Positions 9,880-20,512 are shown, counted from the first letter of the stretch. The stretch: DNA of 64,000 nt from Methylophilales bacterium UBA4017 (GCA_002384685.1 DGAZ01000043.1:32462-96461); one strand, 5' to 3'. Program-made: numbers and translations. The notes: generated from the sequence alone by a model not told the origin.

Positions 9880-10806
9880 CTATTTTTTTATTTGAGTTAG
9901 TTGAACAAAAATATCTTCTAAGCTAGTAATGTCAGGTGCTATGTGAAATAGGCCCCATTTATTTTTTACAGCTAAAGCCACAATTTCTTCAGCTGGTAAA
10001 TATTTCTCTTTAAAATGTATTCTGCACATTGCATTATCAAGGATATCTACCTGGGTAACGCCAGAAATTTCAGTTAATACTTTTTTGGTAGGGGTTTTTG
10101 TAAAGCCTACCAATAGCTTATTACCTCTTCTCTGCTGCTTAAGATCATCAATCGATCCATTAAAAACTAAACTACCTTTATCAATAATTTGTACGCGATC
10201 GCATACCATTTCAACCTCTGGAAGAATATGAGTAGACAAGATAACGCTGTGTTTTTTGCCAATCTCTTTAATCAGATTTCTAATCTCCCTAATTTGAATA
10301 GGATCTAAACCAACTGTTGGCTCATCTAGAATGACAATTTCTGGCTCATGAATTATGGCTTGAGCAATGCCAACGCGTTGCTGATAGCCGTTAGATAAAT
10401 TTTCAATCAATCTTTTGCTCATATGACCAAGCCCACACTTATCTTTTGCAACCTCTACAGCTTTGCTTATCTTTGATGACTCCACCTTATGAAATCTTGC
10501 GGCTATAGTAAGAAACTCATCAACAGTCAATTCTTTATAAAGCGGCCTCATCTCAGGTAAATAGCCTATCATCTCTTTAGCTTTTTTAGGTTCATTGACC
10601 ATATCAAATCCGCAGATTTGTACAGACCCATCTGAGGGAGCTAAATTTCCAGTTAACATTCGCATCGTGGTAGATTTTCCAGCGCCATTAGGCCCCAAAA
10701 ACCCTAGCACCTCACCTTTTTCAAGATTGAATGAAACATCGCTGACCGCGTGATTACCGCCAAAATTTCTTGAAAGATTTATTGCTTGTAAAGTAGAAAC
10801 AGCCAT
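9880..10806 (-). CDS. GldA-like ABC ATP-binding protein
   Basis: Walker A GPNGAGKST, LSNGYQQRVG, Walker B ILDEPTVGLDP. Confidence 0.92.
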   Translation of the reverse strand: MAVSTLQAINLSRNFGGNHAVSDVSFNLEKGEVLGFLGPNGAGKSTTMRMLTGNLAPSDGSVQICGFDMVNEPKKAKEMIGYLPEMRPLYKELTVDEFLTIAARFHKVESSKISKAVEVAKDKCGLGHMSKRLIENLSNGYQQRVGIAQAIIHEPEIVILDEPTVGLDPIQIREIRNLIKEIGKKHSVILSTHILPEVEMVCDRVQIIDKGSLVFNGSIDDLKQQRRGNKLLVGFTKTPTKKVLTEISGVTQVDILDNAMCRIHFKEKYLPAEEIVALAVKNKWGLFHIAPDITSLEDIFVQLTQIKK

Positions 10807-11015
10807 TAAAAATTATCCGTTAATGAGTAAATAAACCCAGCCTATGATGGAGCATTATTGTATGAAAAAGTTTAAACAAATAAACCAGACTGAATTATAT
10901 GCAAAAACTCGAGTCATTTGTACTTATTAGTTAAGAAAGTTTGTTAGTTAATGCATTAAATTGCTTCAAGCTAAACCTTAACCGAAAAAATTACATGAGG
11001 TATCATATAGCTAAT

Positions 11016-12695
11016 ATGAAAAATTTAATTATAACTTTGGTGCTTGCATTTCAAGCCAATATTGCCTGGGCTAATGATGAAGCTAATTTTGATATTTCAC
11101 AGCCAGCTAAAATCCAAGAAGCGAATGCTGAATTTGTGTATAAATTTTTGTTGGCTGAAATTGCTGCTCAACGTGGGGACTTAAACTCTGCAGGGCATCT
11201 ATATTACGATCTTGCAAAGCTGACCAAGAACATACCTCTTGCACAACGAGCAACTAATATTGCCGGATATGCTCGCAATGGTCGTTTAGCGCTTGATTCA
11301 GCAGAGTTATGGCGGCAGCTTGATGACTCATCATTAGAGGCTAAACAGATTCTTGCAGAACTTTTTATATCCAGTGGTAATCTTGCAAAAGCGAGGCCGC
11401 TTATTGAAAAACTTCTTGAATTAGAAAAAACCAGAGCAGAAGGATTTCTTTACCTAAACAATTTATTAACTAAAGTAGAAAATAAAAAGAATGCCTTACG
11501 TTTCATTCTTGCAATTGCTAAGCCATACAATGGTCTTGCTGAAGCACATTTCAGCATTGCTCATACGGCTTATTTTGCTGGCGACCTTAAATTAACCGAA
11601 AAGGAACTAGATCTTGTGGAGGCTATAAATCCTAAATGGGAAACCTCAGCCCTATTTAGGGGGTATATCATTGCTAAAGAGTGGCCGGAAAAAGCACTGG
11701 AGTTTTATAAATCATTTTTAAAAAGTAATCCAAATTCAAATGAGGTTCGACTAGAATTTGCAAAGACATTAACTAGCTTAAAGCGATATGACGATGCTAA
11801 GAAGCAATTCCTTAAATTAGTGGATGGATCATTAGCGTCTCCTGAAATAAGCTTAACAGTAGCGCTACTATCGCTAGAGCTAAATGATGATAAATTAGCC
11901 GAGAAATTTTTTAATCAATCTATTGAGCGAGGTTATGACGATCCTGACAAGATTCAAATGTATCTTGCAAGAATATATAATAAAAGAGGAGATTTTAAAA
12001 AATCATTGTCTATTTTAGATAAGATAATTTCCGGATTATTGTTTGTAGATGCAAAACTTCTTGCAGCAGAAATCATTGTGCAAAATAAATCTACCGAAGA
12101 AGCTATTGAATCGCTTTCTCTTTACAAAAATATTAGTTCTAGCGATAAGCTGCGATTTCTTCGAGCAAAGACATCTATGCTATTCAATGATGGGCGGCCA
12201 CAAGATGCTTTTGACCTCCTGAAAAGTGAAGATAAAAATTATAGTGATTCCTCGGAATTTAAATTTGATTATGCAATGCTTGCAGAAAAAATGGGCAATT
12301 TATTGCTCATGGAGCAACTTCTAAAAGAAGCTATAAAAATTAAACCAGATTTTGCTCTAGCATATAATGCTTTAGGGTATTCATATGCTGACAGAAATAT
12401 AAAGCTTGCTGACGCAAAAAAGTATATTGAAATAGCTTTATCTATAGAGCCTAAAAATCATTACATTATTGATAGCATGGGCTGGCTTCACTATAGACTT
12501 GGAAATATAGATATAGCATTAGAATTTACCCAAAAAGCCTATGCCATTCAAAAAGACCCTGAAATTGCAGCACATTTAGGTGAGATTTATTGGAAGAAAG
12601 GCGAAAAAGATGAGGCAAAAAGAATCTGGCAAGATTCCCTTGTTAACAATCCTTCCAATTCGGTTCTTAACGAAACGTTCCAGAGATTTAATTAG
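11016..12695 (+). CDS. Exported tetratricopeptide repeat protein
   Basis: Signal peptide ending AWA; TPRs with NALGYSYADRN and DSMGW; conserved position before lolB-ispE; start moved to ATG 11016. Confidence 0.88.
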   Translation: MKNLIITLVLAFQANIAWANDEANFDISQPAKIQEANAEFVYKFLLAEIAAQRGDLNSAGHLYYDLAKLTKNIPLAQRATNIAGYARNGRLALDSAELWRQLDDSSLEAKQILAELFISSGNLAKARPLIEKLLELEKTRAEGFLYLNNLLTKVENKKNALRFILAIAKPYNGLAEAHFSIAHTAYFAGDLKLTEKELDLVEAINPKWETSALFRGYIIAKEWPEKALEFYKSFLKSNPNSNEVRLEFAKTLTSLKRYDDAKKQFLKLVDGSLASPEISLTVALLSLELNDDKLAEKFFNQSIERGYDDPDKIQMYLARIYNKRGDFKKSLSILDKIISGLLFVDAKLLAAEIIVQNKSTEEAIESLSLYKNISSSDKLRFLRAKTSMLFNDGRPQDAFDLLKSEDKNYSDSSEFKFDYAMLAEKMGNLLLMEQLLKEAIKIKPDFALAYNALGYSYADRNIKLADAKKYIEIALSIEPKNHYIIDSMGWLHYRLGNIDIALEFTQKAYAIQKDPEIAAHLGEIYWKKGEKDEAKRIWQDSLVNNPSNSVLNETFQRFN

Positions 12696-12708
12696 ACGAA
12701 ACTTCTAA

Positions 12709-13260
12709 ATGAAGCATTTAATTTTAATTTTTTGTTTGCTGCTCACTTCTGGCTGTGCTTACATCACAACCAACTCAGATTCTCCTCCGATATTAAAAGA
12801 AGCTATTCCCTACAAAGGACTCATTAAAAATTTTAAGTTTACTGGTAAGTTTGTAATCTTTATTGATGATAAAGGTTTTTCAGGAAGTCTTACCTGGGAC
12901 TCGAATGATAAGAGAGACTATGTCAAAATTTATAATCCATTCAGCTCTTTAATAGCATCAATTACACTTAAGTATCCGGAAAAGAAAATTGATCTGCAGG
13001 TAATGGATAAAAATAATCAAGCGAATACCGACCAAACGCTAAAAAAAATATTTTTAGCGGAAGAAAATATTTTTACATTAAAAAAATTCCTGGTTAACCC
13101 GCCCACAAATATTTCAAAAGACAGGGAAATTGATGTTAATTTTGATGGGTGGGATATTCGATATATAGGGTTGCATCCCCAGGGCCAGACTGCTCAAACC
13201 ACAATCTTTAAAAAAAATAATATCTCAATAAAAATTTTCATCAATAAATGGGGTATTTAA
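12709..13260 (+). CDS. lolB: Outer-membrane lipoprotein receptor LolB (divergent)
   Basis: Lipobox TSGC, FTGK...GFSGSLTW, GWDIRY; TPR-lolB-ispE synteny. Confidence 0.75.
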   Translation: MKHLILIFCLLLTSGCAYITTNSDSPPILKEAIPYKGLIKNFKFTGKFVIFIDDKGFSGSLTWDSNDKRDYVKIYNPFSSLIASITLKYPEKKIDLQVMDKNNQANTDQTLKKIFLAEENIFTLKKFLVNPPTNISKDREIDVNFDGWDIRYIGLHPQGQTAQTTIFKKNNISIKIFINKWGI

Positions 13261-13293
13261 ATCAAAACGGACAAAAAAATCAGTAAAGATTTC

Positions 13294-14124
13294 ATGAGGT
13301 TTCTCGCTCCAGCAAAAATTAATTTATTCTTAAGAATTTTAAGTAAATCGAATAACAACTACCATAATCTGCAAAGTATTTTTCATATGGTTGACCTGTA
13401 TGATGAGATTTCTATAAAACCAAGGTCTGATAGAAAGATTATCGTAGAAAATGACGATGAATCCATTTCCAAAGAAAGTGATTTGTGCCTTAGGGCTGCT
13501 CAGTTAATTCTTGATGGTAGGAAGCTAGGAGTCACCATTAAAGTCAAAAAAAATATTCCCGTTGGAGCTGGGTTGGGAGGAGGAAGCTCCGATGCCGCAA
13601 CCATTCTTCTAGCATTAAATCAAATATTTAGCTTAGGGGTTAACAAAAAAACATTGATGGTACAGGGGTTAAAGTTAGGAGCAGATATTCCTTTTTTTAT
13701 TAACGGCGAAAATGCATGGGTTGAAGGTGTTGGTGATAAGATTAGCCCCATTTTAATCGAAAACTATAGCTACATTTTTGTAATCCCTAGTATATCCATA
13801 TCTACTGCTAGCATCTTTCAAGATTTTAAATTGACAAACAAGCTAATTCCGTTGAAAATAGCGACCTCATTTAGTAATATTGAACATGATAATATTGGTA
13901 ATGATTTAGTTGAAACTATTTTCGAAAAACACCCTAGGTTACGTGAGTTATTTATATGGCTTAAAGAGTTTGGAGATCCGAAAATATCAGGCACTGGATC
14001 TACATTATTTATTAAATCCAATGATTTGAATTTAACAAGGCTAATTGAAAAACAAAAACCAAAAGATACTAGGATTATTAGCGTTAAGGGTTTATCGGTT
14101 CACCCGCACTTTTTGACCGATTAA
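13294..14124 (+). CDS. ispE: 4-diphosphocytidyl-2-C-methyl-D-erythritol kinase
   Basis: [32 protein letters not shown]. Confidence 0.95.
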   Translation: MRFLAPAKINLFLRILSKSNNNYHNLQSIFHMVDLYDEISIKPRSDRKIIVENDDESISKESDLCLRAAQLILDGRKLGVTIKVKKNIPVGAGLGGGSSDAATILLALNQIFSLGVNKKTLMVQGLKLGADIPFFINGENAWVEGVGDKISPILIENYSYIFVIPSISISTASIFQDFKLTNKLIPLKIATSFSNIEHDNIGNDLVETIFEKHPRLRELFIWLKEFGDPKISGTGSTLFIKSNDLNLTRLIEKQKPKDTRIISVKGLSVHPHFLTD

Positions 14125-14125
14125 T

Positions 14126-14202
14126 TGGGGAGTCGCCAAGCTGGTTAAGGCACAGGGTTTTGATCCCTGCATGCGAAGGTTCGAATCCTTCCTCCCCAGC
14201 CA
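14126..14202 (+). tRNA. tRNA-Gln(TTG)
   Basis: Cloverleaf; anticodon arm CAGGG-TTTTGAT-CCCTG; GGTTCGAATCC; encoded CCA. Confidence 0.96.
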
Positions 14203-14224
14203 ATTTTATTCAAGGAAAAAACCT

Positions 14225-15175
14225 TTGAAAACTAAAGAGCTTATGATTTTTGCTGGAAATGCAAACATAGACCTCGCTGAGAAAGTTGTTAGTCACCTAA
14301 ACATGAAACTTGGAAAGGCCACCGTGGGTTGCTTTAGTGATGGCGAAACCATGGTTGAACTCCTCGAAAATGTCCGAGGTAAAGATGTGTTTATTCTTCA
14401 GTCTACAAGCTTTCCTACAAACGATAACCTAATGGAAATACTAGTCATTGTTGATGCTCTTCGCAGATCATCAGCCGCGCGCATAACTGCAGCAATTCCT
14501 TACCTAGGCTATTCTAGACAAGATAGAAGACCAAGGTCTGCTCGTGTAGCTATTACAGCAAAAGTCGTTGCGAACATGCTAACAACCGTCGGGGTCAATA
14601 GATTGCTAACCATGGACCTTCATTCAGACCAAATACAAGGTTTTTTTGATATACCTGTTGATAATATTTATTCAACTCCCGTCCTACTTGAGGACCTGGT
14701 AAAACAAAATTATAAAAATCCCGTTATCGTATCCCCAGACGTTGGTGGGGTTGTCAGAGCAAGAGCGTGTGCAAAGATTCTAGGGTCGGACTTAGCCATT
14801 ATTGATAAAAGAAGGCCAAAGCCTAACGTCTCTGAAGTAATGAACATTATTGGGGATGTCTCAGGAAGAACCTGCATCATAATTGATGATATTGTTGATA
14901 CGGCAAATACCTTGGTTGAAGCTGCGACAGCACTTAAGAAACAAGGTGCTGAAAAAGTTGTTGCTTATGCTACACATCCTATCCTGTCTGGCAATGCCAT
15001 TCAAACGATCGATGCTTCAGAGCTTGATGAAATTGTAATTACTGATACAATTACGCTTCGCGAAAATGCTAAAAATACTACAAAAATCAGACAATTGTCT
15101 GTAGCAAAAATTTTAGCTGAGACTATTAAACGAATTAGCGATGAAGATTCAGTGAGTTCATTGTTTATCGACTAA
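14225..15175 (+). CDS. prs: Ribose-phosphate pyrophosphokinase
   Basis: [35 protein letters not shown]; TTG start at 14225 after AAGGA (the track start lies inside the tRNA). Confidence 0.95.
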   Translation: MKTKELMIFAGNANIDLAEKVVSHLNMKLGKATVGCFSDGETMVELLENVRGKDVFILQSTSFPTNDNLMEILVIVDALRRSSAARITAAIPYLGYSRQDRRPRSARVAITAKVVANMLTTVGVNRLLTMDLHSDQIQGFFDIPVDNIYSTPVLLEDLVKQNYKNPVIVSPDVGGVVRARACAKILGSDLAIIDKRRPKPNVSEVMNIIGDVSGRTCIIIDDIVDTANTLVEAATALKKQGAEKVVAYATHPILSGNAIQTIDASELDEIVITDTITLRENAKNTTKIRQLSVAKILAETIKRISDEDSVSSLFID

Positions 15176-15193
15176 TTTTTGGTCTAGTTATCC

Positions 15194-15217
15194 AATAGCC
15201 CTGGTCGCGGGGCTATT
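15194..15217 (+). promoter_or_regulatory. Hairpin in rplY leader; candidate L25 autoregulatory element
   Basis: AATAGCCC-TGGTCGCG-GGGCTATT, 8-bp stem just upstream of the AGGAG RBS. Confidence 0.55.
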
Positions 15218-15236
15218 TTAATTTAGGAGCAATATA

Positions 15237-15917
15237 ATGAAAATTGAAATAAAAGCAATTGTAAGAGAGTTGAAAGGAACGGGTGCGAGCCGCCGTCTTC
15301 GACATGCAGGGAAAACACCGGGCGTTCTTTATGGTGGCGTTAAAGATGCGACAAGTTTAGAGATTGATAGTAAAGAGTTATTTATGCAGTTTAGGCATGA
15401 GGCTTTTCACGCGTCTATCCTAACACTCAATTTAGACGGTAAAAAAGAAGCAGTCATTCTTAGGGACTTCCAAATGCATCCAGTTCGCAATAATATTATG
15501 CATATTGATTTTCAAAGAATTAATGAAAATGAAAAAATTCATGTAAAAGTGCCATTCCACTTCACCAATGAAGAAACTGCACCTGGCGTAAAGTTAGAAG
15601 GGGGATTAATTTCACATATTATGACCGAAATAGATGTTGCCTGTTTACCAAAAGACCTTCCACAATACATTGAGGTTGATATGGGCGAACTATCTATTGG
15701 TGACTCAATTCACTTGTCAGAAGTAAAAGTCCCTGAAGGAGTTGAGTTAACAGGGCTTAGTGATGAAAATGACCCTGTTATTACCGCAATAAGCAAGCCT
15801 AAAGTGGTCGTTGAAGAAGTTGTTGCCGCTCCTTCTGAAACAGACGAAGAAGGTGAGTCTGCAGGTGATTCTGATGCAGAAAAAACAGATGATCAAGGTG
15901 CAGAGTCAAGCGAATAA
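15237..15917 (+). CDS. rplY: 50S ribosomal protein L25/Ctc (long form)
   Basis: GASRRLR, PGVLYG, HIDFQR, acidic tail. Confidence 0.96.
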   Translation: MKIEIKAIVRELKGTGASRRLRHAGKTPGVLYGGVKDATSLEIDSKELFMQFRHEAFHASILTLNLDGKKEAVILRDFQMHPVRNNIMHIDFQRINENEKIHVKVPFHFTNEETAPGVKLEGGLISHIMTEIDVACLPKDLPQYIEVDMGELSIGDSIHLSEVKVPEGVELTGLSDENDPVITAISKPKVVVEEVVAAPSETDEEGESAGDSDAEKTDDQGAESSE

Positions 15918-15961
15918 TAAAATAAACCCTGCTCTTAACAATAAGGGTGGGGTTAAATTTT

Positions 15962-16534
15962 GTGAGTAAAATAAAATTATTTGTAGGGCTAGGTAATCCT
16001 GGTGAAAAATATTTGCTTACTAGGCATAATGCAGGATTCTGGTGGCTTGATTTTGTTGCACTTAATCATCGTTTGTCATTTAAAAAAACCACTAAATATT
16101 TTGGCGAATACTCTAATTATCAAGACAATGCTGATGTCCATTTCTTAAAACCTTCTACATTTATGAACGAGAGCGGAAAGTCTGTTCAAGCCATTACAAG
16201 CTTCTACAAAATAAAACCAGAAGAAATACTAATAATCCATGACGAACTTGATATTGTCCCGGGCAAGGTTAAATTAAAATTGGGTGGTGGTCATGGCGGT
16301 CATAACGGAGTTAAGGATATTTCAAATCAATTAGAATCGAATAACTTTTGGAGACTGAGAATTGGTATTGGGCACCCCGGTGATAAAAATGAGGTGAGTA
16401 GCTATGTTCTCAAGAAACCTTCAAAGATTGACTCGGGTCTAATTGAGGATAGTATTTTTAGTAGCTACCAAATCTTCTCTCTATTAGTAAATGGAGAGCT
16501 TGATAAAGCAATGTTAAATCTACACTCCGCTTAA
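15962..16534 (+). CDS. pth: Peptidyl-tRNA hydrolase
   Basis: VGLGNPG..Y..TRHNAGF, HDELD, GGHNG, RLRIGIG; start uncertain (GTG 15947 or 15962). Confidence 0.95.
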   Translation: MSKIKLFVGLGNPGEKYLLTRHNAGFWWLDFVALNHRLSFKKTTKYFGEYSNYQDNADVHFLKPSTFMNESGKSVQAITSFYKIKPEEILIIHDELDIVPGKVKLKLGGGHGGHNGVKDISNQLESNNFWRLRIGIGHPGDKNEVSSYVLKKPSKIDSGLIEDSIFSSYQIFSLLVNGELDKAMLNLHSA

Positions 16535-16550
16535 ACGTTAAGGATATTAT

Positions 16551-17636
16551 ATGAAATGTGGCATAGTTGGTCTTCCTAATGTTGGTAAATCAACATTATT
16601 CAATGCGATTACAAAAGCAGGTATAGACGCAAATAATTACCCTTTTTGTACTATTGAACCAAATGTCGGTATTGTTGAGGTTCCAGACCAAAGAATAAGC
16701 GTGCTTTCTGCCATCGTAAATCCTGAAAAAATACAACCTGCCATAGTCGAGTTTGTCGATATTGCCGGTTTGGTTGAGGGCGCATCGAAGGGAGAAGGGC
16801 TGGGAAATAAATTTCTAGCGAATATTCGTGAAACAGATGCAATTCTTCATGTTGTACGCTGCTTTAATGACGACAATATCATTCATGTTGCAGGTAAAAT
16901 CGATCCAACATCTGATATTGAGACCATTCACACAGAACTCATTTTGGCAGACATGGAAACGTTAGAAAAAGCTATCCAAAAAGAAACAAAAAAATCTAAA
17001 TCTGGTGACAAAGAATCGAAAAGCCTTATTGCTCTATATGAGCGATTACAGGAAAATTTTAACCAAGGCCATTTAGCAATAAAATTAAAATTAGATAAAG
17101 ATGAAATTTCACTTATCAAGCCTTTATGTTTAATTACTATTAAACCGATGATGTTCGTAGCAAATGTTGATGAGAATGGCTTTGAGAACAACAAAAACCT
17201 TGATGCTCTTCAGCTGTATGCAAGCGACACAGGCTCACCAGTTGTTTCTATATGCGCCAAAATAGAGTCAGACATTTCAGAGCTTGAAGACGAAGAAAAG
17301 CTTATATTCTTATCAGAAATGCATCTTACCGAGCCTGGATTAAATCGACTTATCAGAGAGGCATACACTTTATTAGGTCTACAAACCTACTTTACAGCTG
17401 GAGTTAAAGAAGTAAGAGCATGGACAACCAAGGTTGGTGCAACAGCCCCTCAAGCCGCAGGCGAAATACATACTGACTTTGAAAAAGGCTTCATTAGGGC
17501 CGAGGTTATCGCCTTTGATGACTTCGTAGCTTATAAAGGTGAAGCCAAATCAAAGGAAGCTGGAAAAATGAAATTAGAAGGAAAGGAGTATGTAGTTAAA
17601 GATGGAGATGTTATGCATTTTAGGTTTAATGTTTGA
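16551..17636 (+). CDS. ychF: Ribosome-binding ATPase YchF
   Basis: [34 protein letters not shown] domain. Confidence 0.97.
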   Translation: MKCGIVGLPNVGKSTLFNAITKAGIDANNYPFCTIEPNVGIVEVPDQRISVLSAIVNPEKIQPAIVEFVDIAGLVEGASKGEGLGNKFLANIRETDAILHVVRCFNDDNIIHVAGKIDPTSDIETIHTELILADMETLEKAIQKETKKSKSGDKESKSLIALYERLQENFNQGHLAIKLKLDKDEISLIKPLCLITIKPMMFVANVDENGFENNKNLDALQLYASDTGSPVVSICAKIESDISELEDEEKLIFLSEMHLTEPGLNRLIREAYTLLGLQTYFTAGVKEVRAWTTKVGATAPQAAGEIHTDFEKGFIRAEVIAFDDFVAYKGEAKSKEAGKMKLEGKEYVVKDGDVMHFRFNV

Positions 17637-17662
17637 TATAATTCGTCCCGTATTAAATTAAT

Positions 17663-17739
17663 GGTGATGTAGCTCAGCCGGTTAGAGCGCAGGATTCATA
17701 ATCCTGAGGTCGGGGGTTCGATCCCCCCCATCACCACCA
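17663..17739 (+). tRNA. tRNA-Met(CAT), probably elongator
   Basis: GGTGATG/CATCACC acceptor stem (paired 1-72), CAGGA-TTCATAA-TCCTG anticodon arm, CCA. Confidence 0.92.
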
Positions 17740-17799
17740 CTTAATTCTCGCCTCAGTAGCGAGATTCTTTTGATAAACTCTGTTCACGAGACCAAAGAG

Positions 17800-17988
17800 A
17801 TGAAAATATACAAAATTGTTACTAGTTTATTGGCTGCTTTTTTTGGTGTTCAAAATAATAAAAAATTTAAGGAAGATGAAAGGTTTATAGAGGAGCATGG
17901 GGTTAAATACTTTCTGATTGTGGGGTTTTTTATGGTGTTTCTAGGGCTGATTTTTCTAGGTATATTAGTGACTTTTATTGTTGGATAA
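17800..17988 (+). CDS. DUF2970-like small membrane protein
   Basis: LLAAFFGVQ motif plus C-terminal TM; ATG 17800 preferred. Confidence 0.7.
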   Translation: MKIYKIVTSLLAAFFGVQNNKKFKEDERFIEEHGVKYFLIVGFFMVFLGLIFLGILVTFIVG

Positions 17989-17991
17989 TTA

Positions 17992-19104
17992 CTAGGCTTT
18001 ATAAGGCGACCTTTCCTCTAATTCATTGGTATAAATATTCATTCTACCTCCCTCTTCTTCAAGAAATCTACCGATAGCATCTCTGAACTGCTCATTTACA
18101 ATATAATGACTTGAGAATGTATCGAAGGGTTCGAATCCTCTTGCAAGCTTATGTTCACCTTGAGCCCCCCCTTCGAAGATAGATAAATTATTCTCAATAC
18201 AGTATTCCTGACCTTGGTAATAACATAGTTCAAAGTGTAGGTAAGGAATGTATTTGATTGCACCCCAATACCTGCCGTACAAGTTGTCATTATCTAGAAT
18301 ATTTAATGCAGACCCAACCGGGCCTTCTTCATCGTAAGCAATAACAAGCAAGATTTTATGGGGTATCTCTTTAAAAATTCTATTAAAAAAATCATAGGAT
18401 AGATAGGGAGTTGAATTATGATCTGTATAGGTATGGCAATAGCATTGGTAAAAAAATGATAAATCTTCATCTGTTATATTCTTCCCTGTTTTTCTAATCA
18501 CACGCAAACTTAAGCTGTTTAGCTTCTTTCGCTCTTGTTTTATTTTTTTTCTTTTATGATGGGAAAGAGTGGCAAGGAAGTCATCGTAGTTCTTATACCC
18601 TCTATTAATCCATCTAAATTGGACGCCCTGTCTATGCATCCATCCTGACTCAGTCAATATTTGTTGGTCTTCTAAGCTTGTAAACAAAAAATGGCATGAA
18701 GAAATTTTATGTTGATGCATTATTTTTTCTAAAGACTTGATTAGCACGCGCTTAGCTTCAACATTTTCTGCCAAGATTCTTGGTCCGCTTATGGGCGTAA
18801 AAGGAATAGCACATACAAGTTTGGGATAATAACTTAACCCATGCCTCTGAAATGCTTCCGCCCAGGCCCAGTCAAAAACGTATTCGCCATAGGAGTGTTC
18901 TTTAATAAAAGTAGGTAGAAATCCAATGACTCTCCCCTCTTCTGATGCAATAATAGGGAAAGGTATCCAGCCAGTTCCTTTACCAATTGATAGTGATTTT
19001 TCTAATGCATTAAAAAATGCATAAGACAGAAAGGTGTTGTCAGGGAGGTGATCAAAATGCGACTCGAGATCAGCAAAGTTTGTTTTTGAAATAACTTCAA
19101 TCAT
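17992..19104 (-). CDS. GNAT/FemAB-like (DUF482) acyltransferase
   Basis: HSYGEYVFDWAWA, YYPKL...PFTP, LHFELCYYQ, FEGGAQGEHKLARGF. Confidence 0.9.
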   Translation of the reverse strand: MIEVISKTNFADLESHFDHLPDNTFLSYAFFNALEKSLSIGKGTGWIPFPIIASEEGRVIGFLPTFIKEHSYGEYVFDWAWAEAFQRHGLSYYPKLVCAIPFTPISGPRILAENVEAKRVLIKSLEKIMHQHKISSCHFLFTSLEDQQILTESGWMHRQGVQFRWINRGYKNYDDFLATLSHHKRKKIKQERKKLNSLSLRVIRKTGKNITDEDLSFFYQCYCHTYTDHNSTPYLSYDFFNRIFKEIPHKILLVIAYDEEGPVGSALNILDNDNLYGRYWGAIKYIPYLHFELCYYQGQEYCIENNLSIFEGGAQGEHKLARGFEPFDTFSSHYIVNEQFRDAIGRFLEEEGGRMNIYTNELEERSPYKA

Positions 19105-19151
19105 AAGATTAGAAGTTTAAATTAAATTTTTATCTAAAACGAAAAGAATGT

Positions 19152-19622
19152 TTAATTGCTTGTAGGTATTTGTTTTTTAAGTGAGGTAACGGGGCTATCC
19201 TTAAGCTTTTTGTCAGACACAATATTTGCATTGTATTTATTGAATTGTTTCTCATGATAATCTTTTGCTAAGATTGATAGCTCATCTAGGGTTATAACAT
19301 TGTCATTATCTATATCGACTTGTCTAAACTGCCTGGCTACTTGAGGGAGGCACTGCGTAACTTCGTAGACATCAAGGGTATTATCATTGTCTGGATCACA
19401 GGTATAAAACCTTTGCTCGACACTGTCTAGCATTTCACGTCTTTTTTGGTCATAAATCACACTATTCTTAGTATGGGTATGAGAAAATTCCTCTAACGCC
19501 TCACGTATAAGGTCTAATTGTGATGGCTCGGGGGAGCCCTTAGCATTATTAACATCAGCCCATGCTGTACTTATTGATGAAAAAACTAATATAAACAATA
19601 AGTTAAAAAAAATTTTATGCAT
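19152..19622 (-). CDS. Secreted two-EF-hand protein
   Basis: Signal peptide ending AWA; 12-residue loops DPDNDNTLDVYE (76-87) and DIDNDNVITLDE (103-114). Confidence 0.85.
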   Translation of the reverse strand: MHKIFFNLLFILVFSSISTAWADVNNAKGSPEPSQLDLIREALEEFSHTHTKNSVIYDQKRREMLDSVEQRFYTCDPDNDNTLDVYEVTQCLPQVARQFRQVDIDNDNVITLDELSILAKDYHEKQFNKYNANIVSDKKLKDSPVTSLKKQIPTSN

Positions 19623-19700
19623 TCAGTTTGTACGCTTATATTTAAAACGGATAACTATTCTGCTACTTAATTGTGAATCTAATGTTACAGGATAGAGATA

Positions 19701-19720
19701 AATTGTAACGGAATTGTAAC
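19701..19720. promoter_or_regulatory. Direct repeats; candidate OmpR-family binding site
   Basis: AATTGTAAC at 19701 and 19712 (11-bp period); related TGTTACA at 19683 and AATTGTGAA at 19669. Confidence 0.6.
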
Positions 19721-19792
19721 AACCAAATTTTCTATTTCAGGGTAATATGTTAAATAATTGATATACTTTCAATCTTCAGCAATTAAAACACT

Positions 19793-20512
19793 ATGACAAT
19801 AAACAACAATTCAGCTCAAATCGCCTTGGTGGATGACGATCCAAAAATAAGAGAGTTAACAGCAAAGTATTTAAGTGATCAAGGGATTTCAGTTGTTACA
19901 GCAGCCAATGGAGCCGAGCTTGACGAGCTAATGAAGAATTATAATATTAGTCTGATTGTTCTAGACTTAATGATGCCAGAAGAGTCTGGTTTAAATATAT
20001 GTCAACGACTCAGAGTGAATAAAATAGATACACCGATCATCATGCTCACTGCCAAGGGTGATGAGGTGGATAGGATTGTAGGATTGGAAATGGGTGCAGA
20101 TGACTACCTTCCAAAACCCTTTAATCCAAGAGAGTTGCTTGCCCGAATCAACGCCATTATAAGAAGGCAAAAAAGTCCTGCAGGTCAGTCAGATAAAACC
20201 ATAATTAAATTTGGTAATTTTGTATTTGATTTAACTAATAGAAGTTTGCTTAAAGATGAAAAAGAGATACAAATTACTGCGGGTGAGTACGAACTCTTAA
20301 GAGTCTTTGTTGAACATCCAAAGCAACCTTTGTCACGGGATCAAATTATGCGGCTGTCTAAGGGAAAAGAATTAGATGTATTTGACCGGAGCATTGATGT
20401 ACAAATATCAAGGCTTAGAAGGTTAATTGAAACAGATCCAAACACCCCAAAATTCCTACAAACTAAATGGGGATTTGGTTATATATTTATACCGGATAGT
20501 GAAGTCAAATAA
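19793..20512 (+). CDS. ompR: OmpR-family response regulator (OmpR/RisA-like)
   Basis: VDDD, LDLMMP, GADDYLPKPF, FDRSIDVQISRLRR, WGFGY. Confidence 0.9.
   Translation: MTINNNSAQIALVDDDPKIRELTAKYLSDQGISVVTAANGAELDELMKNYNISLIVLDLMMPEESGLNICQRLRVNKIDTPIIMLTAKGDEVDRIVGLEMGADDYLPKPFNPRELLARINAIIRRQKSPAGQSDKTIIKFGNFVFDLTNRSLLKDEKEIQITAGEYELLRVFVEHPKQPLSRDQIMRLSKGKELDVFDRSIDVQISRLRRLIETDPNTPKFLQTKWGFGYIFIPDSEVK

Noticed and set aside
6846-10806. Gliding motility locus
   Set aside because: No motor or type IX secretion gld/spr genes in the window; the name reflects homology only.
14171-14224. ORF-track N-terminal extension of prs
   Set aside because: Starts inside tRNA-Gln; an RBS precedes TTG 14225.
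18118-18142. TGTATCGAAGGGTTCGAATCCTC resembles the T-arm of tRNA-Ser (possible att site)
   Set aside because: It is the antisense of conserved GNAT coding sequence (ARGFEPFDT); no acceptor stem or integrase.
19152-19622. Calling the EF-hand protein a true lanmodulin (lanM)
   Set aside because: Only two loops, only one with Pro2, no Gly6 and no adjacent lanthanide-uptake genes; kept as a hypothesis.
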